DNA of 64,000 bases from positions 62,001 to 126,000 of IMG/VR virus record IMGVR_UViG_3300042923_000281, one strand, 5' to 3'. Below, piece after piece: positions 16,731 through 27,542 of the stretch. The translations under genes were made by a program, and so were the position numbers. Numbering within the stretch: position 1 is the stretch's first letter; each line of letters starts with the position of its first letter. Under the pieces are notes generated by a model, which made no database searches, was not told the DNA's origin, and saw only the letters and a list, made by a program, of their open reading frames with translations.

Positions 16731-18653
16731 TCAAGCGGCACGAATACCGATGATGTCACGAGCGCCACTGATCGGCACCAGCTCGAAGATGAGGTTGTCC
16801 GCAGACACCACATACACACGCCCTGCACCGGCAGTCTTACGCCCAATGGCGTAGAGTCCGTTCAGAGTGTCGACCATGGTTGGATCAGCGCCGTTACCGG
16901 TACGAACCGGCACACGCACTTCGTGGTCTACGTAACCCAGCTGTTCAGCCATCAGCTTGATGTGAACCATTGCCACTGGTTTGAACAGCACCACCATGTT
17001 CTTGCGGAACTCGGTGTACGCTTCCGGATCGCCTTCACCCGGTTGCAGCAGGTCCGTGCACTCCAGGAACTCTTCGCGCAGGTCTTCCTCGGTGAGGTAC
17101 TGCATGGAGGCCAGGAGGATACGGGTACGGCTGAGGAACTGGCTGGCGTAAGCCTGCCCTTGTTTCTTGAACGTGTTGCAGTTCAGCAGGTCTTCGAAGT
17201 CTTCGATGAAGCTTTCGATACGCGGCTTGGCCAGACCGAACTGGTCACCCAGTGCAGCATTCACTTCGGCAGTGAAGTGCTTGTCCAGGTAGTTCATCAC
17301 GTTTTCGGCCAGAGTGCCACGCAGGGACTTGAAGCGCTTCTGCAATTGCAGCAGGTCGCCTTCGTTCGAGCTGATGGACTTGATCGATTCCAGGGCTTTG
17401 ATGCTGGTGGCATCGCCGGCCAACTGGACAGACATGATGTTGTTGGTAGCAGTGACGTCACCTTCGTTCTTGGTCGCGTCACCCGCCACACGGACGGCTG
17501 CTTCTTCGAGGGTTGCCACGGAGATGGCTTGCTCGGAGATGTACGGGCTGGTGATGTCCAGCTCTTGCAGCAATTCCTTGGCAGCGTAATGGCGGGTCGC
17601 GTTGAGCGCGTCCAGATCCACTACGTCCAAGTCTTGGCCCTGGAACACCGCATCACCTTCCAGACGTTCAGTGCTGGTACGTGGACGGTTAGGGCGCTGG
17701 TGTGCACGGATGGCATGAGCTTCTTCGACCAGATCGTCGGTCATTTGGATGAACTCCTCTCGGATTTGACCGTCGACACCCTTGACGAGGAAGCGAACCT
17801 CATTGTCCGGGTCGTACGCACGGCGGGATTGTTGTTTAGGCGACCAGCTCCATACGAACTTGGAGCGGTGTGCAATCTGCCAGTTCTCACCCTTCATCCA
17901 GAAGTCGTCGTACGGACGTTCCTGGCTCATGTCAGGGCCTTCCTGGGCATGTACGCGATCTTCGCGTGCTGGCTCAGTACGAGCAGGCTCTTCACGGCGG
18001 GTTGGTGCTGGATCGGCAGGACGCTCACGGGTCTGAGCAAACGCCGAACGGTGTGGAGTCTGGGTACGCTCACGTTCGTCTTGATGACGATCGAAAACGG
18101 GACTCGTACCGCGCACATCACGACCAGCGAACACGCTATTGCTAGCACGCTCTTCACGTGGTTGATCCCGGTCAAACGCAGTGCCACGGCGAGCGCCGTA
18201 CTGCTGGCCACGATCGAACACGCTACGGCTCTCACCACCACCGCCCCACGAACGGGACTGAGTCTGACGACCACCACCGCGCGTGTTGCCAGACAGGCGG
18301 TTGAGGATGTCGTTCCACTTGGCATCTGCACGCTTCATGTCGGTGTAGACGTCATCGGGTGCAGCGTTGGCAATCGTGCGGTCGGACAGACCGAAAGAGC
18401 CGCAGTTGGCATCAACGATAGTCATGATGACATCTTTGATGCAAGCGTCTTCTTCACGCTGAGAACGGCAGCTGCGCAGCTCATCTTCAGCAACCACGGC
18501 AATCACTTCGACGACGTTAGCCATCTCGTTATTGTTCCAGTTGCCTTTCGACATGTAGTCGGCGTAAGCGCTGCGAAGCTCGTTGTCGCGTGCGCGGTTT
18601 TCGATATAATCGACCGTACGCTCGTAGACAAAGTTGACGAAATCGTTACTCAT
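16731..18653 (-). CDS. Conserved phiKZ-family hypothetical protein with central disordered R/E-rich linker
   Basis: 640 aa, strong codon bias; downstream of the RNAP beta gene as in phiKZ relatives. Confidence 0.8.
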   Translation of the reverse strand: MSNDFVNFVYERTVDYIENRARDNELRSAYADYMSKGNWNNNEMANVVEVIAVVAEDELRSCRSQREEDACIKDVIMTIVDANCGSFGLSDRTIANAAPDDVYTDMKRADAKWNDILNRLSGNTRGGGRQTQSRSWGGGGESRSVFDRGQQYGARRGTAFDRDQPREERASNSVFAGRDVRGTSPVFDRHQDERERTQTPHRSAFAQTRERPADPAPTRREEPARTEPAREDRVHAQEGPDMSQERPYDDFWMKGENWQIAHRSKFVWSWSPKQQSRRAYDPDNEVRFLVKGVDGQIREEFIQMTDDLVEEAHAIRAHQRPNRPRTSTERLEGDAVFQGQDLDVVDLDALNATRHYAAKELLQELDITSPYISEQAISVATLEEAAVRVAGDATKNEGDVTATNNIMSVQLAGDATSIKALESIKSISSNEGDLLQLQKRFKSLRGTLAENVMNYLDKHFTAEVNAALGDQFGLAKPRIESFIEDFEDLLNCNTFKKQGQAYASQFLSRTRILLASMQYLTEEDLREEFLECTDLLQPGEGDPEAYTEFRKNMVVLFKPVAMVHIKLMAEQLGYVDHEVRVPVRTGNGADPTMVDTLNGLYAIGRKTAGAGRVYVVSADNLIFELVPISGARDIIGIRAA

Positions 18654-18671
18654 GATGACTCCAGCTGGATA

Positions 18672-20324
18672 TTAAACACGTTGAATAAGACGTTGTACAC
18701 CGTCTAGGACTGGTTGGTGCTCGGGACTTGGCACAGTAGTGCGAGTCTCCGGATCTAGCTTCACACATGGGTTGAACCGGTTGTTACCAATCGGCGTCGA
18801 CTTGGGCAACACACCAAAGCCGGTGACTTCGGCAAAGGAAGAGTCCAAGTACATGGTGGGGCCAATGGGCTTGGCATCCTGGGACTTCCCACGACCGTGT
18901 GTATCGGTCTGCTGGACGATCACCGAGGTGACCTTGAAGAACATGTTGTCGCTCGGGTTGGATACCGAACTGACTTCGGGATGCTCAGCTGCTGAGCTGA
19001 TGCCGTGAATCAGCCAAGGGTTGAAATACTTGCGCAGGATGTCCTCGTACTCTTTCGGTTGGAGAACCTTCTTGCTGTTGCCGGTGATCTTGAACAAGAA
19101 CTCGAACATGCTGTTATTGATGTTACGAAGCAGATAACGCAGAACTTCCAGACGCTTGTTGTACAAGCTGGCTTCTTTGCCCCGGTTGTTCTCAAGCATC
19201 GCACGCATTTCGCGCATGATGTACGCCATCAGATCGTACAGATCCTTACAGTTCACCTGGACCTCTTGCAAGGTCTTGACTGTCTCTTGGTCGACGTAAC
19301 TGTCGAGAGACTTGAGGTGAGTTTCGACATCCTCTACCAGACGACCGTAGTTGTTACCTTCACCCCACTGGATGAACGCCATGAAGACGCACCACCACCA
19401 GGTCTCTTCCAACTCGGAAGGTTCGGTCACGAACTCTGGGAAGTGGTCGATAACATAGAAGAACCCCGCAGCAAAAGACTTGGTCATGTCAGTCCACGCA
19501 CCACGGTCCACCAGCATGATCAGCTGAGTGGCGATGTTGTGGTAGCCTGCTTTCCGCCGAGGGTTGATGCCATCGGGTTCTTTGCCGTGAGACGAGACCA
19601 GGACCCAATGGTCCGACGGGTACTTGGCTTCGTCGTAGTCTTCTTTCTTCATGATGATTGGACGGGTGCCGCAATACTTCTCGAACGCCCCGTACATCCC
19701 GTACTTGCAGAACAAGTAATGGGCCAGCGAAGATTGCACGTGCCCCAAGCGAATCAGCTCGGAACGGTTGCGCGACTTCTTACCGCCCTTGTTGTGCAGT
19801 TGCGAGTACACCACGTCAGCCTTCTCACGGATGCCGTCAATGACGATCGTGTGGCTTTCGCGGTTGAACGAGATCGGTGCCCGAGGAATCCGGATGAACA
19901 CACTGTTCTCATCGATCTCAAATGCTCTATCCCCCATCACTGGTGCCACAGCGAACTGCTTGCCAGAGATGTAGAGCATACCGGCCTGGTGAACAAACGG
20001 CAGGTACATGTACATCGGGTGAAGCTCTTTACCATGCAGCGAGAACCGATACTTAACCAGAAAGACTGAACTGCGCGCAATGTCGTAGATCCGGTTGTTG
20101 CCAGCCCGAGCACGGGTAATGACGTTGTACTCCTCCAGTGGATTACAGCGCTCACTCGTAATGAACACAAATCCCTCGGGATACTGCTTTTCGCCGCAGC
20201 GGATGATGCTCTCTACATAACGCTGAGCACCTGGAACATCCTTGCAAGCAATCCCTTTCACCACATCCTGATTGAAGACAGGAGCGCGCTTGCGGTGTGA
20301 GAACTCGTGTAGTTTGTCGTCCAT
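18672..20324 (-). CDS. Non-virion RNA polymerase beta subunit, N-terminal fragment (phiKZ gp123-like)
   Basis: 550 aa; YLPFV...G.LYISG and conserved position two genes from the major capsid gene (recall). Confidence 0.7.
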   Translation of the reverse strand: MDDKLHEFSHRKRAPVFNQDVVKGIACKDVPGAQRYVESIIRCGEKQYPEGFVFITSERCNPLEEYNVITRARAGNNRIYDIARSSVFLVKYRFSLHGKELHPMYMYLPFVHQAGMLYISGKQFAVAPVMGDRAFEIDENSVFIRIPRAPISFNRESHTIVIDGIREKADVVYSQLHNKGGKKSRNRSELIRLGHVQSSLAHYLFCKYGMYGAFEKYCGTRPIIMKKEDYDEAKYPSDHWVLVSSHGKEPDGINPRRKAGYHNIATQLIMLVDRGAWTDMTKSFAAGFFYVIDHFPEFVTEPSELEETWWWCVFMAFIQWGEGNNYGRLVEDVETHLKSLDSYVDQETVKTLQEVQVNCKDLYDLMAYIMREMRAMLENNRGKEASLYNKRLEVLRYLLRNINNSMFEFLFKITGNSKKVLQPKEYEDILRKYFNPWLIHGISSAAEHPEVSSVSNPSDNMFFKVTSVIVQQTDTHGRGKSQDAKPIGPTMYLDSSFAEVTGFGVLPKSTPIGNNRFNPCVKLDPETRTTVPSPEHQPVLDGVQRLIQRV

Positions 20325-20334
20325 TGGAACGCCT

Positions 20335-21465
20335 TCACTTGGATGATCGTAACTTTGACAATATCCCGTAAATGGTTATTGCCGCCCCTATGAGAGCGAC
20401 GCCTGTCTTAGCCCACTCGACATAGTTGCGCCGCATTGCGGCCTCCTTATCTTGCTGAGCTTTCGTCAACGCCCCCTCATTACGCAGGCGCTGGAGTTCG
20501 GCATCAGCCCCAAGCTGTTCACTGCGCAACTTTACTTCTTCGACTTTCTTAACGGTCGTTTCTCGCTCAATGATTGACTTCACCATGTCATTCAAGGGGC
20601 CTCCCGTGTGGGCGTCCTCGATGGTACGGTGAAGATTGAGTTTTGCATCTGCCTCCTCGAAGGTGAATGACCGATGAATCACATCGGACACAGCTTCCCC
20701 ATTCTTGATCGGTGTACGACTGACGATGTGAATGCCAGTCTGATACTTCAGGTCCCGTTCTATCGGCACCATAAAGACATCACCACCTAGGTTAATGTAG
20801 CGGGTCGCCCGCTGGACGTTGTGTGCATTGTCCACCGCCTTGATCATGAAGACAAAGGTGGCTTCCCCTACACCTGGTGCGATGGATTGCAGCGTGGCCT
20901 CATCGCGCTTGATCTTGTCAAACGGATGAACAGCCCCGTGATCTGCCAACCACTCCACCAGAAGATCGACATCCGGCATATAGCAACGCCCACCGGCGTC
21001 CTGAATATCCCGGAAGTAGATGATGTATTCGACGCTCGCAGCAACAACGTGATGAGACTTGTTGTTGTACAGCGCTGCCTCGTAGGCTCGAATCCAATAC
21101 TGACATTCTCTCTCATCAGGATTGGCACGATTCTTTAAAATGTCCAGCGCCCGTTCCATTGACTCCTTGGGCATGGTGTGGGTCACGCAAACAATGAACT
21201 CATCGGCCGAGTAGTTCCCGACAGGAGGCACCACAACACTGGAGCCATCCCGACTGGTCACTATAATGTCGCGCTCCATGTAATTGAAGTACGACACCGT
21301 AACCATCGGTGAACCTTTGATACCATTCTCATGTTGACGACTTGCCAACCGAATACGACTGGCTGCCTTATGTTGAAACGGCAGCGCCGTCTTAGCTTGG
21401 TGATGTCTCTGGGTGTCTATACGCTTCGGCTGATGTGCATTGTCGATACGTGAGAACTCGTCCAT
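20335..21465 (-). CDS. Conserved hypothetical protein with C-terminal coiled coil and TM anchor
   Basis: 376 aa; hydrophobic C-terminus; follows promoter copy 3. Confidence 0.8.
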   Translation of the reverse strand: MDEFSRIDNAHQPKRIDTQRHHQAKTALPFQHKAASRIRLASRQHENGIKGSPMVTVSYFNYMERDIIVTSRDGSSVVVPPVGNYSADEFIVCVTHTMPKESMERALDILKNRANPDERECQYWIRAYEAALYNNKSHHVVAASVEYIIYFRDIQDAGGRCYMPDVDLLVEWLADHGAVHPFDKIKRDEATLQSIAPGVGEATFVFMIKAVDNAHNVQRATRYINLGGDVFMVPIERDLKYQTGIHIVSRTPIKNGEAVSDVIHRSFTFEEADAKLNLHRTIEDAHTGGPLNDMVKSIIERETTVKKVEEVKLRSEQLGADAELQRLRNEGALTKAQQDKEAAMRRNYVEWAKTGVALIGAAITIYGILSKLRSSK

Positions 21466-21530
21466 ATAGGTTGGCTCTTTATTAAAAATTTACACGTGTA
21501 TTTTATTACCCATGTTTGCTCACGTAAATA

Positions 21531-21557
21531 ATGTATTGCCAAAAACGTCTTGAACGT
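21531..21557 (-). promoter_or_regulatory. Bipartite phage promoter motif, copy 3 (ACGTTCAAG-N10-CAATACAT)
   Basis: CAATACAT exact; upstream box partly conserved (TTCAA) at the same spacing. Confidence 0.55.
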
Positions 21558-21580
21558 GATAGCCTCGAGCCAGCATTCGG

Positions 21581-21620
21581 ACATACGGCAAAAGAGCGGA
21601 GCCGAAGCCCCGCTCTTTTG
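21581..21620 (-). terminator. Terminator after the major capsid gene
   Basis: CAAAAGAGCGG/CCGCTCTTTTG stem; GCCGTATG tail. Confidence 0.75.
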
Positions 21621-21672
21621 TTTAACGCCTAGCGACTAGCGCTGACGCCACTTTACCTTTGGCCCTTACGGG

Positions 21673-23934
21673 TTAAGGCTGGGTGGTGCCATTGCCGGTA
21701 TCACCTGGGGCAACAGGCTGCTGAGTGCCACCTTCACCACCGGTGGTGTCGTCGTCGGTGGCTCCTGGAAATGTGGCAACAGGAATGTGCCAGCCCTCCG
21801 ACAGAACCTCGTCCAGACCGATCACGTTGATCTTGCCGAAGATCGGCAGGTGGTTGACGTGACGGTTACGCGGTTGCACCATGGCTTCGCGGATCTGGGT
21901 CTCGTCACGCGATACGTTCACGTGGGAGATCAGCTCTGGAATCCAGAAGTGAGTACCGCAGTTCAGAGGGTCCAGGCCTTCGGTTTGACGCTTGAAGGTC
22001 CAGAAGATCTGCTTGCGGATACGCTGGTCAACTGCCGACACCTTCTCGAAGGTGATGTCGTCGCCCAGGGTACGGCTGTCGCCGGTCTGGATGATGTACG
22101 AAGCAGTCTTCGGATCGGAACCGATCAGAACGTGGACCTTCTCACCGGTGTAGCCGGTGTACGCATCGAGCGCGGTCTTGTAGTTCGATTCCAGGATTGC
22201 GTCCTGGATGTCGCTACGCAGAACGTTGGCCAGAGCAGCCTGAACGTCTTGAACGCGGTCGAAGGAGCGCAGGGACACAACCAGCTTGCGCAGGTCGAGA
22301 TCACGCTCACGGTACCATGGCTTGACCAGGAAGCGAGCGATACCTTCAACTTCTGGGAGCAGGTCGTCAGAGTTGATGGAGTCAGTCAGGAACTTCCAGC
22401 GGCTCAGGCCGTCGGTGAAGCGCAGCAGGGTGGTGATCGCCATGTTGTCGTTACGCAGACGCGCAGCGGTAACCAGCAGGTCGATGTCGGCCATGCCACG
22501 AGCTTCTTGCAGCGGGCTCGGGATCGAGAACGGGCTGCCCAGCATTACTGGGTAACGCTCGGTGTACTCGGAGCTGTTCAGTTGCAGACCGCGCAGACGA
22601 CGGTTGGCGTTGGACAGGCGAGCGTTCGGTTCCCAACCGATGATGACCAGGTCTTGCAGGGCATCAGCGATGTCCTTACCAGGACCGGCTTTATCCAGGG
22701 CCAGCACTTCGCCAGCGGCGTTCACGATCTTGTCGACAGTGATCGGCGCAGCGTTTACGGTGGCGTTGGCCTTCTCGGTATCAACGTTACCAGTGACGGT
22801 AACAGCCAGGGTCACACGGTAGTCACCGTCGACGATCTGCTTCAGAACCGGGTTGGTCAGCGCAACGCCCTTGTAGTTGACGCTGTTCGCGTTCAGCTGA
22901 AGGGAGCTGGTACGGAAGTTCAGCTCGAGTTCACGAGCCAGACCTTGGTTGCCCTTGATGAAGGCAGCACGTGGCAGGGTTTCAACGTCGAAAGCCAGCA
23001 CGTCGGAGTCGCCCTTACGGACGTAGATGGTCTTCAGACCAACGGCGCGGTCCAGAGCATCGGTTTGGTTCGCTTGACCAGCGATCTTCACCAGGCTGTT
23101 CTGAGCCAGGCCAACCAGGTTCACGCGCTTGCCGATGGCCAGAGCGGAAGTGGTGACGGTGCGGTTGCCCAGTTCAACGGAACGCGGCTCAACGATGCTT
23201 TCAGCAACGAAGAGGTCTTTGTTACCGTCGTGGATTTCAGGGACCAGAGTGGTCGACTGGTCAGCCAGGATCTTGTAGTTGATCGCAGCTTCGAGCAGAC
23301 GGCGCTGTTTGAAATCGGCGTGGTCGCCACGGGTGTTGTGCAGGAAGTGGTTCAGAACCAGGTGGCTACGGATGGTGACGTCAGCGCCGCCTTGTTCCGG
23401 AGTCAGGATCACAGTGCGGTAGAACGCTTCAGCGAACTCGCCCTGTTTGGCCGCTTTCTGGTTGTAAACCATCGACAGACCGATGAAATCGGTCAGGTTC
23501 GAGTTGTCGAACGCTTCCATGGACGGGTTGGCTTTGTCCTGGAAGTCGAAGTCGCCCATGGATTCAACCGAAACCACGGTACCGACTTTAGGAGCCGACA
23601 CGTCGCTGGCACCCAGAGCACGACGAGCGTAGTCGCCCGGCTCGAGAGCGGCCATTGCGATCACGCCCATGGCGTCGCGTTGTGCACGGGTCAGGTCAGC
23701 GCTGTTAACGCCGAAGTCGCCCAGCGCTTCCATCGAAACGGTTTCGCCGATGGACATCACGGCCGATTCCATGGAGGCAAACAGGTTTTCGTGATCCAGG
23801 GTGGTCAAGGATTCCATGGAAGCGATCGCGCTGTTGCCGACGATGCCGCCCTGCTTGAATTTCTCTTGAATGGCGTTCGCTTGGGCATTCAGCGTTTGCT
23901 GACTGGTGCGAGCCGATTTACCTACTACGCTCAT
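21673..23934 (-). CDS. Major capsid protein precursor (phiKZ gp120-like)
   Basis: 753 aa; propeptide with repeated S-M-E sites (ASMES, VSMEA, PSMEAF); EFAEAFYRT motif; strongest codon bias in the window. Confidence 0.85.
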   Translation of the reverse strand: MSVVGKSARTSQQTLNAQANAIQEKFKQGGIVGNSAIASMESLTTLDHENLFASMESAVMSIGETVSMEALGDFGVNSADLTRAQRDAMGVIAMAALEPGDYARRALGASDVSAPKVGTVVSVESMGDFDFQDKANPSMEAFDNSNLTDFIGLSMVYNQKAAKQGEFAEAFYRTVILTPEQGGADVTIRSHLVLNHFLHNTRGDHADFKQRRLLEAAINYKILADQSTTLVPEIHDGNKDLFVAESIVEPRSVELGNRTVTTSALAIGKRVNLVGLAQNSLVKIAGQANQTDALDRAVGLKTIYVRKGDSDVLAFDVETLPRAAFIKGNQGLARELELNFRTSSLQLNANSVNYKGVALTNPVLKQIVDGDYRVTLAVTVTGNVDTEKANATVNAAPITVDKIVNAAGEVLALDKAGPGKDIADALQDLVIIGWEPNARLSNANRRLRGLQLNSSEYTERYPVMLGSPFSIPSPLQEARGMADIDLLVTAARLRNDNMAITTLLRFTDGLSRWKFLTDSINSDDLLPEVEGIARFLVKPWYRERDLDLRKLVVSLRSFDRVQDVQAALANVLRSDIQDAILESNYKTALDAYTGYTGEKVHVLIGSDPKTASYIIQTGDSRTLGDDITFEKVSAVDQRIRKQIFWTFKRQTEGLDPLNCGTHFWIPELISHVNVSRDETQIREAMVQPRNRHVNHLPIFGKINVIGLDEVLSEGWHIPVATFPGATDDDTTGGEGGTQQPVAPGDTGNGTTQP

Positions 23935-24059
23935 TGTGTTTCTCCGCGGAAGATGCAGCGCGCGCTGCTATTTACTGCGAGGCATACTGAGGTCTCTTTA
24001 TCATCGCTCAGCGCATTCGCAAGTTTTGCATACCATTGCAGTTTTTTACTACATGGCTC

Positions 24060-24605
24060 TCAATACAATACCGGGTTAAAAGGAATTTCCTTTACATACT
24101 GTTTGAACGCCCCGGTCTCTGCCAGCGCTCGAAGGCCGACACGGTGGAACAGAATGTTGGTGATTTTCTCAGAGAGAGACTGACCATCATTCTTGAGTTC
24201 TTCCGGTGCACGGCTGAAAGGAATCAGTCGGACACACAATACCTCACTGTCCGACAGGTAGACGTCGGCGTAAAGTTGCTGTTCCTTGTCACGAGTGCAA
24301 GTTGCACCGTAAATAAGAACATCGATCGACTGGTTAGCGCAGAAGGCACGCTCTTCCAAAGTCGGCACTGGAGTGGCTACCGCAAACATATCAATGACCT
24401 TACTGGCCACCTGATCGTTGCAGCCTGGGAGCTTCGCGAGCACCTCGCCAGCGTTCCAATTGAGCATCTTGTAAATCAAAAGATCTCTAGGCGATAGTAT
24501 GCCTGAAAGTTTCTCCCAATCAGCAAGATCATCGTTCGTGATGCCCAGCTCCCTCATGATGAGGTCGAGCCATGCGGGCACAATGACCAGTTTGATGTTG
24601 TACAT
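24060..24605 (-). CDS. Conserved hypothetical protein (phiKZ gp119-like position)
   Basis: 181 aa between capsid and helicase genes. Confidence 0.7.
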   Translation of the reverse strand: MYNIKLVIVPAWLDLIMRELGITNDDLADWEKLSGILSPRDLLIYKMLNWNAGEVLAKLPGCNDQVASKVIDMFAVATPVPTLEERAFCANQSIDVLIYGATCTRDKEQQLYADVYLSDSEVLCVRLIPFSRAPEELKNDGQSLSEKITNILFHRVGLRALAETGAFKQYVKEIPFNPVLY

Positions 24606-24631
24606 CAGTATTCACCCTCTTGGGACAAAGA

Positions 24632-26206
24632 ATGGACATCAAGTTATTCCTAGTCAAGTCTGTTACCTTGTTGTACCTCGAGAGTCAAATCGAAGGGTAC
24701 AGTTCGAGTAACGCATCAGTGATCCGTTCAATGTTGAGCGAGATCAAGCTACCCGAAAACATCGGCGACATCGGAGACGGGAGGAACATCCTGTCGAATT
24801 TGCGCTCCACTGTTCTGGAGATGTTGAACAGCGGTGGTTCACAGAGATATGAGCCGGATATGCTGATGCAGCGTATTCGGATGAACCTGCAATCCGATGA
24901 CATCACTTATAAAGCCTTGGAAAAGGTCATCCGCAAGTACCCGGATGAATCGGTGATTCGCAAACACATCAACGACATTTCACGGGAGATGCGCCGCTAC
25001 AAGAACCGTGAGAAACTGCACGAGATCGTTAAGAAAGCTTCCTACACCCTGTCGTTCAACGAAGCCGAGGTTGAAGACTGGGACACCTTTGTACTACAGA
25101 CTGCACAGGACCTCCTGTCGGTCGATATGGAGACAGACGAGCGGGTAGACCCTGCGTTCATCACCAGCATCAACTTCAACGACCCAGCTTCTGTTACAGC
25201 CGCGTTCGCGGACATGAACAAGTCCTTGTCCACCGAAGGTATCATCAAGTTCCCCTTCAAAGCGTTGAACCGCATGATGGGTGTACAAGGTGGTGGCCGT
25301 CGGGGTGAGTTTGGTTTGGTTAACGCCTTACCTCACAACAACAAGTCAGGCACCTTGCTTGACCTGTTCATTGGTACTTGCCTGTTCAACGACCCGTTCC
25401 TGTTTGACCCGGACAAGAAACCGCTCTGCTTGTTCTACAGTACGGAAGATGACATCCCAATCATCATCCAGAAGATCTACGTGATCCTCAAGCAGATGGA
25501 ACTGGGCATGGCAGTCTCTGTTAAGGGTCTTGACCCCGCAGAAGCTTCCGCCTACGTCATTGAGAAGTTGCAAGCCCGTGGTTGGCACGTGGAACTGCAC
25601 CGGATCAAAGGTTCGTCGTTTACGTACGCCAAGTACATCAAGCATTTGGAGCAGTACAAGGCCAAGGGCTTCGAAGTCTGTGCCTCGTACATCGACTACT
25701 TGGCCATGTTCAGCAAGGACGGTTGCATCCAAGGTTCCACTGGCGACGACCTGCAAGATCTGTACAAGCGGACACGTGAATACACGTCAGCCGAAAAGAT
25801 CCTGCAAGTCACAGCGCATCAGCTCTCGACCCAAGCCAAGGAAGAGAAGCGGATGAACCCGACGAAGTTCATTCGGGACATGCCGGGCGGAGGTTACTAC
25901 CAAGGCTGTAAGAAACTGGACACCGAAGTCGACTGGGAGTTCTACGTCAACAAGCAAGTGGTCAATGACGGCGCGTACATCGAGTACCTGTGGGGTAAAC
26001 ACCGTGGCGTGGTGGAGCCAACTCCAGAGGCGCACAAGTACTTCGTCCTCAAGTTCAACGATCACCCAATGTACGGCGTAGCGTATGACTTCCATCTGGA
26101 AGTGGATCTGAGCTACAAGATCGTTGGTGGCAGACCAAGTTCCCAAGGTGGTGGGATGGCTTGGAATGACATCGATGAGATGAACGATTCCCGCATGGCG
26201 GCATAG
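24632..26206 (+). CDS. dnaB: DnaB-like replicative helicase (phiKZ gp118-like)
   Basis: GGRRGEF..VNALPHNNKSG Walker A variant, YIDYL Walker B, TAHQLS motif. Confidence 0.8.
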   Translation: MDIKLFLVKSVTLLYLESQIEGYSSSNASVIRSMLSEIKLPENIGDIGDGRNILSNLRSTVLEMLNSGGSQRYEPDMLMQRIRMNLQSDDITYKALEKVIRKYPDESVIRKHINDISREMRRYKNREKLHEIVKKASYTLSFNEAEVEDWDTFVLQTAQDLLSVDMETDERVDPAFITSINFNDPASVTAAFADMNKSLSTEGIIKFPFKALNRMMGVQGGGRRGEFGLVNALPHNNKSGTLLDLFIGTCLFNDPFLFDPDKKPLCLFYSTEDDIPIIIQKIYVILKQMELGMAVSVKGLDPAEASAYVIEKLQARGWHVELHRIKGSSFTYAKYIKHLEQYKAKGFEVCASYIDYLAMFSKDGCIQGSTGDDLQDLYKRTREYTSAEKILQVTAHQLSTQAKEEKRMNPTKFIRDMPGGGYYQGCKKLDTEVDWEFYVNKQVVNDGAYIEYLWGKHRGVVEPTPEAHKYFVLKFNDHPMYGVAYDFHLEVDLSYKIVGGRPSSQGGGMAWNDIDEMNDSRMAA

Positions 26207-26208
26207 CA

Positions 26209-26245
26209 GCATAGAGAGCGGACCATTGGTCCGCTCTCTATGCCG
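26209..26245. terminator. Bidirectional terminator
   Basis: Perfect 16-bp inverted repeat 26209-26224/26228-26243; TATGCCG tail. Confidence 0.8.
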
Positions 26246-26249
26246 TGTG

Positions 26250-26870
26250 TCAGGGTGTCGGTGTGCCAGCCAGTGCTTCAATGAGCGTGGCTTGTTCTGC
26301 AATGGTAGCGTCACGGGCTGCAAGCTCATCGCTCAGACGGATGATGGTCGCAGTCGATGTCTCGTTGTTGGTCTTGGCCGCTTCACGAGCAGCGGTGATC
26401 TGGATGTGCTGTTCTTCAGTGATGCTGTTGGTGACGGAGCCTCGAGCCAAGGTGACTTCCACATCCACACCCAGGTTGCCTTTGCAGGCTTCCTTCAGGG
26501 AGGCCATGACGTCATCGAGGTCACGGTAGTTGGCCCACATGCCCAAGTCCACGACACCGATCAGACGACTGTACGGTACGCTGCCCAGCCCCGGGTAGCT
26601 TTCCACGTAGGTGTCAGGCACATACAGCACGTTACCTGCACTGTCACGCAGGGCAATGACAATGGCTCCTTCAATCTGGTCTTCGACGTACGCAGTGGCA
26701 GTCAGACCGACGGGGTTGTAGACCAGCTTCAGGACGTCCTGACTGCGGGCAATCAGTTCACTGAAACTACGGTGAGCGGTGACGGTGTAACTCTTGGTAG
26801 GATCTGCTACGAACGGGGCTCGCAGCAAGAACGGACCCGAGATGTTCATCGGCGGAGTATTACGAGCCAT
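26250..26870 (-). CDS. Conserved phiKZ-family hypothetical (putative virion) protein
   Basis: Start MARNTPP with GAGGA RBS; C-terminal coiled coil. Confidence 0.75.
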   Translation of the reverse strand: MARNTPPMNISGPFLLRAPFVADPTKSYTVTAHRSFSELIARSQDVLKLVYNPVGLTATAYVEDQIEGAIVIALRDSAGNVLYVPDTYVESYPGLGSVPYSRLIGVVDLGMWANYRDLDDVMASLKEACKGNLGVDVEVTLARGSVTNSITEEQHIQITAAREAAKTNNETSTATIIRLSDELAARDATIAEQATLIEALAGTPTP

Positions 26871-26882
26871 AGCGTCCTCGGA

Positions 26883-26935
26883 CAAAGAAAAAAGAAAAGG
26901 GTGGCTAGGAGGGCCGAAGCCCTCCTGCCTAGAGC
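26883..26935 (-). terminator. Hairpin terminator with TTTTTTCTTTG tail
   Basis: AGGAGGGC-CGAA-GCCCTCCT stem-loop. Confidence 0.7.
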
Positions 26936-26937
26936 TG

Positions 26938-27474
26938 TCACATGATACCGGGGATCTGCCAGGGCATGGCATCCTTCAGTTTCACACGACGTTTCTTCAC
27001 GTACCGCTTGACTGCCCGATGTCGATGATTGGTGACCAACTCCATTGCAGCTTCGAAGTAGTGACCATGTGTGTTCTCGTTACCGGCATAAGCGATGCAC
27101 CCAGGCTCCTCAGCGATCGGTGTAGCGATGATCGCGTAGTAGTCTAGGTTACCCCTGTGCTGACGTCGTACGCAGACACCTACCGTCCCTGTGAGCCATT
27201 GCTTGTCGCGACGCTCATTGAGGATACGGCGCATGCCTTGCTGGAAGAACTCCCCGTGTTCGTACAGATACTTGATAGCTGCCTTGTAGGCTTCATCGGC
27301 ATCGCCGTACACGTTGTCGTGGAAGTAAGCCCGCTCAGTCAGGTTGTTGTCATTGTTAGGCGACACCACCCAACGTTCACGCCCTTCCGATTGATCTCGG
27401 TAAATGCCTTTGATGCGTGGCACCAATCCAAGACCATCAACGATGTAGCCAGAATCCAGAACTAATACAGACAT
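26938..27474 (-). CDS. Putative AP2-like DNA-binding protein
   Basis: GIYR...W.V...F...YG...A...AI and TG.VGV segments resemble AP2 domains. Confidence 0.45.
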   Translation of the reverse strand: MSVLVLDSGYIVDGLGLVPRIKGIYRDQSEGRERWVVSPNNDNNLTERAYFHDNVYGDADEAYKAAIKYLYEHGEFFQQGMRRILNERRDKQWLTGTVGVCVRRQHRGNLDYYAIIATPIAEEPGCIAYAGNENTHGHYFEAAMELVTNHRHRAVKRYVKKRRVKLKDAMPWQIPGIM

Positions 27475-27542
27475 GTTAAACCCCATAGTGGTCTAGAGGG
27501 ACACAGGGCATCCCTCTTCAGTTGATTATTCTTGATGCTGCC

